Source: Paragordius varius
Lineage: Eukaryota > Animalia > Nematomorpha
Assembly: GCA_964247055.1 (NCBI GenBank)
Contig: OZ176050.1
Location: 15,004,001 to 15,068,000, forward strand
DNA: 64,000 bases
Direction of reading: 5' to 3'
Both the position numbers and the translations under genes were made by a program. The notes beneath the pieces are model-generated. The model was not told where the DNA came from and made no database searches. It saw only the letters and a list, made by a program, of their open reading frames with translations. Shown here in pieces: positions 1-13,200 of this stretch (positions are counted from its first letter, which is position 1; each line of letters opens with the position of its first letter).

Positions 1-113
1 AATATCCAGCATTTTTCAATATTTTTTGTACTCGGTTCATTAATGTTATAAATAGTAAAACATAATACTCGTAACCAATATTGTTTTTCAAAATTAAACA
101 GATACTTTTTTAA

Positions 114-209
114 AACTTGAATACAACACATTCATTTTAGTCCTTCAATTCATGCGGTATAGAAGGAATAAATCTGGGGTATTTAGATACCCCAATTTGT
201 ATCAAAGTG
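114..209 (-). mobile_element. Internally deleted (96 bp) copy of the TTAA-flanked piggyBac-like MITE
   Basis: Reverse complement of both ends of the 55306-55887 element joined together; TTAA at 110-113 and 210-213. Confidence 0.7.
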
Positions 210-619
210 TTAAACCTTAATTTTTCCTATATTAGCTATTCAATAACGATGGTAATATATTAATTAATCGTTAGTAATATATGTATCTACTTCACACCTT
301 GCAATATTAAATCAAGAGTTATATTAAAAAGAATGAAGATTTTAAAGTATGGTTGTCTTTTAGAAAAAATATTTGTCTTTATATTTTTACGTTTTGTCCG
401 TATAATTTGAATTTTTACTGTAAGTGTTTTGCCATGTTTTAATCCCATTTATTTTTATTGTTTAATTTTGAACAAGATTGGAATATCCAACGACCCCAAT
501 CTGGCGAAGAATTAAAATGAATGCGTTGTATCCAATTGTAAACCCTAAAATATTTTATAATACAAGCGTGGTGCGCACATTCATCCATGTGTTAATTATT
601 TAAATTAATTTAAATTAAC

Positions 620-1631
620 ATGTTAACTATGCAAATATATTTATTATTTCTCATCAGTATAATATCTCCTTCAATATATCTGGCTAAAGATTGTTCTTAC
701 ACCAAAGTAATTAAAGGCTTTTTATGTGTATCTTAGAAATGCAATCCAACCAATCCAAACATGATAAATATTCATTTGATACCGCATACCCACGATGATG
801 CTGGTTGGCTTAAAACTGTAGATCAATATTACATTGGAAGTTTGATTAGCTAATTATACAAAAAATAAAAAAATTTGAATCCCGAATTCATATAAAAACT
901 TTTTATATAAGGTCGAAAATCAATTGATTCCGCCGGCGTGCAATACATTATCGATTCGGTTATGCATGAATTGTATCAAAACCCAACCCGGAAATTTTCG
1001 TACGTTGAAGGCAGTTTTATGCAAAGATGGTTGGCTAATCACGATACTCAACGACATCAGATTCAAAACCTTGTGGATGATGGTTAATTTAATTTTTTCT
1101 TTAAAACAATTTTCAAACTTTTTAGAAATCCCAATTTTAAAATCCAAATATTTTTTGTTTAGGTCGATTGGAAATTTTATCGGGTGGTTGGGTCATGAAT
1201 GATGAAGCATGTGCTCATTACAGTGATATCATAACACAAATGACACTAGGTTTCAAAATTTACAAGGATGCGTTTGGAGGTATTTTATTTTTTTTATTTT
1301 TAATTTTTGGTGATTTTTTCTAAAATATGAATAATTTTTGTTTTTTATCCAATTATATTTTTATTCATTGAAAAATTCAAGCATTTTAATGTTAAAATAA
1401 TGACCAGATGTATATCTCATAGTGCATACAATGTAATTTGTTTTTGTGTTAAAAATACTTAAAAAAATTAAGATTTTTTGCAATTTAGATATATATGATT
1501 GATTTATGAAATAATAAGAACTTTGGCTGTTTATTCAATTTAAAAAGAAACGCGGAAAAAATGTTTTATTATATAGGTAATTAAATACATATCCTACTTG
1601 TATAATATTTAAGCATGTCAAAAGGTAAAGT

Positions 1632-1666
<35 letters not shown>

Positions 1667-4600
1667 TAATTATTTTTTGATTAGTTCCATATATTACAAT
1701 AATTTGTTTTAATTTGCAATTAACGTATAAAATAAATATATACATTTTTTTTCAAAAGTTATATATATTAAAATCGATATATATATATATATATATATAC
1801 AAGGAATATTGATTTAGGTGTTGTTTTACAGACAACTTTAATTTTGGCTTATTATATAATATATTCAAAAATCAAAAATTTTTTAATATATTTTAAACCA
1901 TATATTAAAAAATAATTTTAAGCTGAACATATGGTACTGTTTCTAAAAAAATTATATTTATTATAAAAAAGAATAATTTTACAAGCCGTGGTAAAATGAG
2001 AGAATCTTAAGTGAATTAATATTTTATATGATATGACCACATAGAAGTGAAAATTTTACAATAAATAAGGAATATTGAGTAAAACTTAAATCTTCTAAAC
2101 TCTTTCGTAATGTTAAAATGATTGGTATGTTGTTCAGTAAAGAGAAATATTATTGATTGGGTGAAGTTTAATAAAACTAAATATACGTAAAAAATTAACC
2201 AAGTAAACAATTCATTTTTTTAAAAAAACTTTCATAATAATATGGCTGGTTACTATATATGACATATAATATCTTTCCAATGCAAATCGAACTGTACAAT
2301 CGTTCCCAAATCTTGCCGTAATATTTTACTTAAGTAATTAATACATTTATATCATGTCTTAAGTTATTTAAATCTGCATTTATATTCATATGGCGACTTG
2401 GGATATTCGTTAAAGCAATCAGTTTTATTAACTGAAATATTCTTATTTGCATTTATTTGCGGTTGGATGAACTTATATATATATATATATATATATATTG
2501 TCAGTTTGACCCCTTAAAAATTAAAGAGTTGCTATTTCTTTCAATTCCCTTCTACGTTTACCAGACTCCTTCTTTACAGTGTATCCAGTCATCTTAACAT
2601 TGGTCTTCCTTTTTTTTTCGCTTCAACTTTTCCAAAAATTAAATCCTTCTTAAATGTGACATATGTGAACTTTCTTTTTATTATACCTTTCATTAAGCGA
2701 CTCTCAATATTAAATTTTTCTCTTATTGTGTCATTCTTAACCTTGTTAGTGCATCTCATATTCAACCACATTTAAATCCTTTATTTTATCATTCTGTTTT
2801 AGTGTCGAACTATTATATGTTGCCACCGGAAAAACCATGAATTTCATCACTATCTTTTTGGTTTACACATAGTGATATCTTTACTTTTCCATAATTTAGT
2901 CAACTCGACAAATACATTTTTTTACAACGAAAAATTTTTTATATACCATTTAAACTTTAATCTTACCTTACAACAATTCAAATTCACCCTTAAATTTACT
3001 TCCTAAAATAGATTATATATTGTTTAGGATTAAAAATTATTTACATTTTATATTTGCTAGCAAATTAAATTTTGTTTAAAATTAATATATTACTGAAAAA
3101 AATTATAAACTTTGCGATAAACATATATTTATATTAATAATGAGTTATATTAGTTCGAAAACACAATTTATTTTTAGGGGGAATTTGAATTGGTTGAGGG
3201 TGAATTAAATTGTAAATGGTATATTTGAGTTTTTTTTAAATTTTACACCCTATTTTTTGCCGCCATACTAGGTATGTTTTTTTAATTTCATTTTCTTGTT
3301 TGCCAGTTTGGGTTCCATACCCAATTAATAAATATTATTCATTGCCTAATCATGGCAATCAAAAATATATTATATTTATAAAAGAGTTTTAGTTTTTGTT
3401 TGACTAGGTTTGATAAATATAAAATAAAGCTATTACAATCTTGTAAAATATAGATTCGTTAAAAAAAATTAAGAATTAAACTTTAAAAATTAAGCATTAA
3501 GTTCCCTGGAAATTTAGATTTTATGTCATCTTTAAAGAAAAAATAACTGATGATATACTAATAATTACTGCTATTTAGCCACATATTGTTGATATAATAT
3601 TAAATTCACAGTAAAACTAAAATTACAAAACGTGAAAATATAAAGGCAAATATTTTTTTTCAAAAAGACAACTCCATACATTTCAAACCTTATTTCATCC
3701 TATATAAGCTATTTAATTATAATTAATTATAATATATAAAATTGATTGTGTTACCAATATATATTTCAATAACACACTTTTTACCATTCACACAATGAGT
3801 TATATTTTGAAAAAATGGACTTTTTAAAAAAGGGGTTTTTTTTTGGGGGGGGGGGGAATATTTGTCTTTATATTTTTACATTTTGTCCATGGTATGATTT
3901 CAATTTTTACTGTGTTTTACTTTTTATGCGCCTTTTTCGATTTTTAACATAAGTAACTGATTGCTAATTTTTTATAACTATATACTATTCCCATAGAGTA
4001 TATAGAGCAAAGGGAAATAATATTGGTTTATATTAAGTTAGTTCGCTTTTTATCGTTATAACCTAATAGTAAAACTCCTTGCTATCATGGCAATATTTCA
4101 TAAAAAATTAGCAATTTATACTTTATCACACCTTAAATGTAAAAAATATTCTTTAAATATTTATAATCTTATTATAATTTTTTGTGATATAGAATGTGGA
4201 ATACCACGTACTGGTTGGCAAATTGATCCTTTCGGGCACAGTGCGGCCCAAGCTGATCTATTCACCCGTTTTGGGTTTGATGGAACTTTTTATGGACGCG
4301 TTTCTGATACGCTCAAGGATTGGCGTTCAAGGAATCGAAGCCTGGAATTTTTGTGGCATTATATGCCTGATTGTACTACATATTTAGATTTTTGAGTTTT
4401 TTAGAATTTTAAGTTAGTTATTAGTCTTAAAAGTTTGATGGGATGATTATTAAAAACAAGTTTCTAAAAAATTGGCGATATTTGAAATCTAAGCCTTGAA
4501 TTTTTGTGGCATTACATGCCACATTGTAAAATATTTGTCGGAGTTTTTTGCGGCTTTATTTAAAGTTTTAGTTTTAAATTTAAAGTTTTAGTATTTTAAA

Positions 4601-5987
4601 TTATTTTTGGTTTATATAAATGTATAGATAACCTATTTTTTAATTTTTTGACTCTTATATCTCGATTGGTAAGTCTTAACACCTATAAGGATTGGGTGTT
4701 TTTTACCTGTTATCTACATTATTCCCTAATCATTTTTAATTTAATAAATGACTTTTGCAATGGTAGTTTATTGGTTTATAAGCTTAATAATTTTCAATAA
4801 TATAACCATTATTATATACCATTAACAATTCAAATTTACCCTCAAAATGTGTTTGTCAAGATTAAAATACTTATATTTTATTTTTTTTTAAAAAAAATTT
4901 TTTTAAATTAAAATAATGCTGAAAAAATAATAAGCTATGCAATAAAAATAAATATTATATTAATAATGAGTTATATTAGTTCGAAAACACATAATTTATT
5001 TTTAAGGTGATTTTGAATTGTTCAAGGATGAATTTAAATTGTTCGAGGATGAATTTGAACTGTAAATGAATAAATATGTACTCTAAAATGATATACCATT
5101 TACAATTCAAATTCACCCTTAATATTCACCCTAACAATTCAAATTTATTCTTGAACAATTCAAATTCACCCTCAAATAAAATATATGTTTTTTGAAATAA
5201 AAAATTACCTATATTTTTTTATATTTTAAAAAAGGAAATTACGAAAATTAATATAATACGGAAAAAATAAACTATGCCATAAAGATAAATTTCATATTAA
5301 TAATGAGTTATATTAGTTCGAACACACAAAATTTATTTTTAGGAAGGATGAATTTGAATTGTTCAAGGGTTAAACTGTAAAGGAATAATATTTTTTTTAT
5401 GTATGCTAATGATATATTTATGTTTTCTTTTCTAGTTGATACATTGTATGAGACGCCAGAAAATGTTTCAAATGTAATTTCTAATACTAACATTGATACT
5501 AAAACTTGGGAATTATTTATTGGAATCCTGCCTAACTTGTATCAACCGCCTACAGGATTTTGTTTTGATATTTTTTGTAATGATGAGCCTATACAGGTAG
5601 GTTTTTACCTTTTTTAATATAATTTTGACATATAACTAACTATATTACTTTTTTATGTCGTTAAAACTAGTAATGTAAAAATATTATTTGAAAAAATTAA
5701 TGATAAAGTCTAACGGGTTTTTTCCCCTATTTTTTTATCAGTTGAAATACGGTTTTTTTGATTTCTTATAACGCTTTCTACAATGATAAATTTGTACTCT
5801 GTTTGATAAATTTATATGTTTTATAGACAATTAGGGAACTGGATTTCGCTTAGTTTTTCAGACAATCAAGTTTTAAAACACTTTATTTGGCTTAAAATTG
5901 AAAAAATATAAGCAATTTTTTTGACAAAAAGACAATGTTAATATTTTTAATCAAAAAAAAGAAATTTAACATTTTTTCGGTTTTTTA

Positions 5988-6021
<34 letters not shown>

Positions 6022-9000
6022 TGTATTTTAGGATAGGTTTTCAAAATTAATTTTTTTAGCTATTTAATTTTTAAAATTAATTTTAATTGCAAAATTGAGA
6101 GAATTACACATATATATTATAAAATTTATTAAAAATTAAGTTGAAATGCGTATATTATTAAAAAATAATTTTTAATTTTCGACTTTTATTGTAAAGTCTT
6201 TATCGAAAAAAAATTGAAAGGAATTGAATTCCAAATTTATTTTTCAAAATTTTTATTTAAATTGCTTTAAATAATTTAAAATATAAATATAATTCTCAGG
6301 ATGATATAACACTCAAAGATTACAACGTGGAAGAAAGGATTGAATCATTTTTGAACCAAATGATAAGTCAGGCGCGAATGTATGATACAAATCACCTGAT
6401 CGTCACCATGGGAAGCGATTTCCATTATCAAGCTGCGGGCAATTGGTTTGCCAATTTAGATCGACTCATTAAACATATCAATCGAAAGGTTTTTTGATAT
6501 TAAAATATTCTTTTTTAAAACTTTAAAATACTTTTTTAGCAATTAATTAGGCAACATTATTTGATTTAAAAGCTTAAAACTTCTTTTTTTAATGTGTAAA
6601 GCTTTTTTGATAATTGAAAATACAGTAAAAATTAAAATTATACGGACAAAACGTAAAAATATAAAGACAAATACTTTTTTTCTAAAAGACAACTACCATA
6701 CTTTTTGAATCTTCATTTTTTTGAATATAACTCTTTTAAAAGTGTGAATTAGTTATATATATCAATCAATCGATATTTTACCATCGTTATTAAAATAGAT
6801 AAAAAATTAAGGTTTTAAAAAGTATGGTTGTCTTTTAAAATAAAAAACATATTTGCCTTTAGAATTTTACGTTTTGTCCGTATAATTTTATTTTTTACTG
6901 CATTTCAAATTAAAAATATGCCATTTAAACCTTAAACATTTTAAATTAATCCCTAAATATTTTTGGAATATTATTTAAAGGGAAACCTTGTAAGATGAAA
7001 ATTTTTCATAAATATTCAACTATACCATAAATAACTCTTTAAAATTTCCTATCCATAATAAGATTACCCCAAAAAGGAAAACACACAAACTATATTATAT
7101 TTTTATGGGGTGAATTTGACATGTTTGTTCGAGGGTTTCTATTGAGATTAGTTATTGAAAAATATTTTATCATATCAAATCATAAAATTTTAGCGAACTA
7201 AAAATGGATCCGATATTCAATTCAATGCCCTTTACAGTACACCCGGTTGCTACCTATACGCTTTGAATGAAGCTAAAAATGGTGGTCAATCGACGACCAG
7301 CAAAACGTTTGACAAATCTCAAAAAATTAGGACAAATAAAACGCTCTTGAAAAGTATTTTACATTTACAAAAACGGACTTAAAACACAAAAAATATAAGG
7401 ACAAATGCTTCTTTTTTTCTAACTGAACCTCAAACGTTGATTTTTCTTTATAAATTTTGCAATTATAATTGTAAAATATATGTTATTGATTGCAATATAG
7501 ATATATAGATATATAATTATTACTTTGAAATTTTAAACAATGATATATCTTAAATAAATCAAGATTTAAAAATTATGGTTGTATTTTATAAAAAAATATT
7601 TGTCTTTTTATTTTTACGTTTTACCTAGATAATTTCAATTTTTACTGTATATTATAGTTTATTTTAATATGAATAAAACTATCGAGGGAGGAAATTTAAA
7701 ACTTCACCTTAATAATTAGTATGTTTTTTTATTAAATACTAACAACAATAAATATTAATTTAATTCCCACATTTTAACGGGTATTATATCAAATTTCAAC
7801 GAATTTTGATTGACGAATTTAATCAAAATCAATATAACTTTTTATGATTTTTCAAATTTAATATACCTATATATTAACCTTAGAAAATAATGGGACCGCC
7901 TTTGTACCCTTAACACGGAATTTGGCAGATCCTACAATTAATTATAGCAGCAGTTGGCCTCAAAAATTTGCGGGTGATTTTTTTCCCCTTCAAAATTATT
8001 ATACGAATGTTTGGACGGGTTATTTCACTAGTCGGCCTACCCTTAAAGGCATGATTCGAGATGCTAGTCGATTTTTACATGTAAGACTCCTTTTGTAAGA
8101 CTTAAACTATTGAGAGTTTTCTTTTTTAACACGCGTGTGGCATTTCAAACTATTTCTATGGCTCATGAGAGATAAATTTCAATTACCAATTTTTTAGCAC
8201 GAAATTTAAACATAAAATTATATATGAAAAAAAGTATCTTTTGTAATGTAACTTATATAGTTTTGAGCTGTGAAATAGTTAAAACATTCAATATTGTAAC
8301 ATAAAGGTTTATAAAAATTAGTTACCAAATTTTTTTTAACCTTAAAGAAAAAACATTGAATACGGACAAAAGATAAAAATATAAAAAAACATTGTCTTAA
8401 AAGATCACTTTACTTTTTTTTCATATAATATACCAAACTCCTTGTTTAAAATTGCAAAGTATGAAACAGAAATGTACAGTGGTGACACAATCAATTACTA
8501 AACAATTGTAATAAAATAACTTGTATGCGAAAAATTAGGGTTTTATGTCTTTTGGAAGTAATCTATAAAAAGTGCACAGTCTTTTGCAAAAAAATGTCTT
8601 TATTTTTACGTTTTGTCCGTATAATTTCAATTTTAATCTATATATATATATTTATATATATGTAGAAAGGCCAAAATTATTCCTTTTAACTGCTTTTCCC
8701 TATAAAACCCCCCTCCCCCCTTTACCTTTTTTAAAACACATTTCGCAGATTTGTCGGGCATTTGACGTACTAGCCGATCTAATGGCCAGGACTGCTCAAG
8801 TGAGAGCACTTGAGAAGGCAGTTTCTTTAACTCAACACCACGATGCTGTTACAGGAACTGCAAAGCAAGCTGTAACTTTTGATTACATGCAAAGACTGCA
8901 TGAAGCTAAACAAGGCTGTGAAGTATGTGCTAAATTTTTTGAGTTTTAAATTGATATTTTTTGATTGGAGTTAGAATTTGATTTTGTGTGATTGTTAGAG

Positions 9001-9338
9001 CAAAAAATTCGAATTATATGAATGGGCGAAAAAAGACGTAAAAATATAAAGATAAATTTTCCTTTATAAATCTTTATTTTGTTTTAAGTATAACTCATTG
9101 TTTTAAACTATGGATGATGAAATAGAGATTTACACAATATATAATACGCATTTTAAATTGAATGATTTTAAAGGTAAATGTTTAAAAAAGTATGGTGGCT
9201 GTCATTTATAAAACCATTTAGCCTTTAAATTTTTACGTGCCGCATATAATTTCAACACACTAATTATGCAATATATTTGATTTTATTTGAAATTTTGTGG
9301 GGAAATTGATTTAAGTAAGTTTCTCGTTTCCATTTTTG

Positions 9339-9370
<32 letters not shown>

Positions 9371-9952
9371 CAAAAAATCCTATGTGTATATGAGACGTTT
9401 AAATTAAATTAAATTAGATTTATATGATTGAGTTTTATTTCTATTTTAATTTAATTTGCAATATCGATTTGGTTTTTTAAATGATTTATATCCATGGTGA
9501 TTTCTTGTTATTTCAATTAAAATTTGTTTTCTAGGAATTAGAAAGTTACTCAATAATAAAAATTTAATAATTTTATTTTATTAGATAGTGTTTTGCTATT
9601 TTTTGCAAATAAAAACATATTGTTATGAATACGTATTGAAAATAACGGTTACAAAATATAGATCCATAAAATATTTTTATTGAAAATTTTTAACTATTAG
9701 TACAATTATAATTAAATTATATCTTGAATCATTGAATAGGAAGTTATTGAAGAAGCCTTACAAACCCTAAACATAGTTCATGAGAATCAAAAAGTTGAAT
9801 TTTGTCATTTACTTAATATAAGCATTTGTCCAGCCACCACAAGTTTAGGAGGCTCTCAATCTCAACAAAAGGTACTATGCCTTTTTTTCATTTTAGAAAT
9901 GGATAAAAATTTATTTATTATAAAACATCAATAAATTAATATTTTCATTCTT

Positions 9953-9983
<31 letters not shown>

Positions 9984-10205
9984 TGAAAAGTAATGTTATA
10001 ACTTTTTAGAATTTTTTTCTTTTTCAAGGGTGATAAATATTATAAATTATTCCTAGTTTAGTATATATACCCAACTGTAAAACTTAATAATCGTTAAATA
10101 TTAATGGAATCAAACATATATTTTAATATCTTTTTTTAGGGTTTATGAATTTAAGTTTGTGAAATTAAGGGTAAAATTTTAATAAGATAAAATTACAGTT
10201 AAACC

Positions 10206-10247
<42 letters not shown>

Positions 10248-13200
10248 TATAGTAAAAATTGAAAACTTTTTAAATCATGATTTATTTCGATATAACTCAT
10301 TGTTTTAATTGTCAAAGTGTGAAATAGATATATATATATATATATATATATAACTAACACAATCAATTCTTTATTTTACAATTGTAACTAAATAGCTTAT
10401 AAAAGAAAAATTAAAGTTTAACAAAGTATGGTGGTTGTCTTTTAGAAAAACATATTTGTATATTTTTACGTTTTGTCCTTTCGTATAATTATTTTAAATT
10501 TTACTGTACTTATAAAATAAATTTTAGTTAACCTTATTAATGTACAATCCATTGGCTTGGGATGTGTCCACCCATTTTGAAATACCTATCGTCTCTGGTG
10601 CAGATATAAGGCTTCTTGATGATCAAGATTCTCAAATCTCTATACAAGTTGCTTTTGTTGCTTTTTTTGTTTTTTAGATTTTTTTAAAAAAAATATTTTT
10701 AAATTATGATTTACTGGATAACTTTGTGAATAATAAATGTATGATAAAATATGGAAACCTGGGTTTTTACCAATTATAAATATCCTTTAATAACCATTAA
10801 TGTATGATATTATCATAAATTTTAAAATTAATTCTCTTTAAATAGATGAGGTTTCTTTCTTTGAAAAAATAATATTTTTCATATTTTAAACGGTATTAAT
10901 TATTTTTTTAAATATTGGACTAAATTTCTAGAAAATAGAGAGTTGCGTTTGCTATGTGTAAATTTAAAAAATAACTCTTTTCTTATACATATAAAGCCAA
11001 CATATTTTGGGTATTTTTCTTTAACTATTAGTTTGTATATGCCCTTAGTAACTTAATGTTTTAAAACGCGCTGTCAAAATATTTATATGGGAATCAATAT
11101 AAAATATTAAGCAAAAAATAATAAAAATTTTCAAAAAATGAGATTTTAATAAACTTTAGCGTTATAAACTCTATTTAATTATATATTTTTAGTTAACACA
11201 ACTTTAACTTTTGATATATCTTATTTTGTGCAGATATCCGATATACCAGAATCCGTCCTACGTATCCCTGAACGTAAAAACCACAATGGTGATTTAAGGA
11301 AACAATCACCGTCTTCATATATAAATTCTCCTCAAACTGTTGAAAGAATAGATGAATATGATCGGATTTTAACAACCTATAAATACAGAAATTTTCCCCT
11401 CTCACCCGGCGAACGAGCGCATTTCCTATCAAATTTACCAACGCAAAGTTTAATTTTTCCAGCAAAGCTACCAGCTATGAGTGTTACAGCCTACCATTTA
11501 TATTATCAACAACAAAGTAGTAATAGAGATAATAAAGATAGTATAAATCAAATTAGAAAACGGAAACAGGGGTAATAATTTTTTGGCCTAAAACAATATT
11601 TGATTCAAAGCAAGGGTGTCCGACACGCGGCATATTCAATTTAACCTAATAAAACTTAAAAAACCATAATCTTTAAAAATTATTACACAAAATCCTTGTA
11701 AATTAATATTATAACAAATTTTTTTTTATTATATATAAGAAGTTTTTCCAAACTTAAGCAACCAGCAAGCAAAAATTGGTGTACTAAATAGTAATTTTGT
11801 CTCATAATAATAACACTTTTTACAAATTTTACATATAATATTTTTGATTTCGGCTTGCTAAGTTTTTGGAATCTAAAATGTGGCCCTCGAAGCCATTTAT
11901 GTTGAACACTCTTTAAAAGGTTAGTTCAATTTCACCCTTGAATGTTCGAATTCACACTCTAACAATATAAATTCACTCTAAGAATAAATATATGTTTTCG
12001 GGAAAATATAACTAACTTATCATTAATATGAAATATATTCTTATGGCATATTTAGTTTTTTTTTCGTATTTTAAAATTAAACAAAATTTTATATTTTAAG
12101 CATATTGTAAAATAAAGGTAATTTTTAATCTTAAAAAACTAGGGTGAATTTAAATTTGAGGGTGAATTGTTTAATTGTGAATTTGAATTGTTTAAGCGTG
12201 AATTAGAATTGTAAATGGTATATATAGTTTTTTCAAAACTTTTTTATAAAAAAAATTAAGATTTTATAAAAATATTTTTCTGTTTTACATAAAAATAATT
12301 GTTTATCAATGTAATTAATATATTAATAACTCCTGTCTAATTTGATTAAATTGTCCAGTGTTGTCCTTATTTTATATATATATATATATATATATTAAAA
12401 TATATACGGACAAAACGTATTAATATGACAAATATTTTTTTTAAAAACATTCATACTTTTCAAAACTTCAATTTTTTTTATAGAAGCTATTTAGTTAAAT
12501 TGTAAAATATAGAATTGATTGTGGTATTATATAACTCTATTTCACACTTTGCTATTTAAAACAATGAGTTTTATTGATATAAATATAGATTTAAAAAGCA
12601 GGAGTGGTATTAAGAAAAAAATATTTGTCTTTATATTATTGCGGTCCGCAAAATTTCAGTTTTTACTGTACATATTGAATAATCAATAATTATTAATATT
12701 TATTGTAATGTAAAAATTAGTTTATCAGATGTGGTTGATGATCCGCAAAGTTATGTGTTGGAAAACTCAGTAACTCTTTACTTATTTACTTACTTACTTA
12801 CATTTTTATATGACAAACATATATATTGCTATTTTTTTTCTTAAAATTAAATATTAAAATTATTAACATTTAAAGTAAAGAGCAAATATATTGGTTAAAT
12901 TCCATGAAAAACTTTAAAAGTATACATTATTTTTTATATCTGTACCAACTTTAACCCAATATTATTACTCTTACATATTTAACCGTAAAAAGCGAAAAGG
13001 CAAAGCATAAAGGTTAAAATATAGTATATTTTCTACTAAGAAAAAGAAAGCCATATCTATTTATAATTTTTCGTAATGTAGTCTATCTATCGTTTAGGTA
13101 AAAAAATAAGGTAGTATACAGATGTAAAATTGATACAAATTATAAATTTATAATTTTTAATTGATATCACTTAGGCATAATAAAATAAAGTATGCATTTT

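Noticed and set aside
2000-2480. Coding-like stretch in mannosidase intron 4 (ORF 2016-2210) as a nested gene
   Set aside because: No recognisable motif or splice-compatible frame; probably decayed repeat sequence.
6623-6900. MITE family A as an intron-generating element (introner)
   Set aside because: Copies lie inside introns with non-element sequence between them and the splice sites; their ends do not form the GT/AG boundaries.
11611-11914. hAT-like element with ends caagggtgtccgac / gttgaacactcttt
   Set aside because: The ends are degenerate and I could not find an 8-bp target duplication; possibly an old copy but unsupported.
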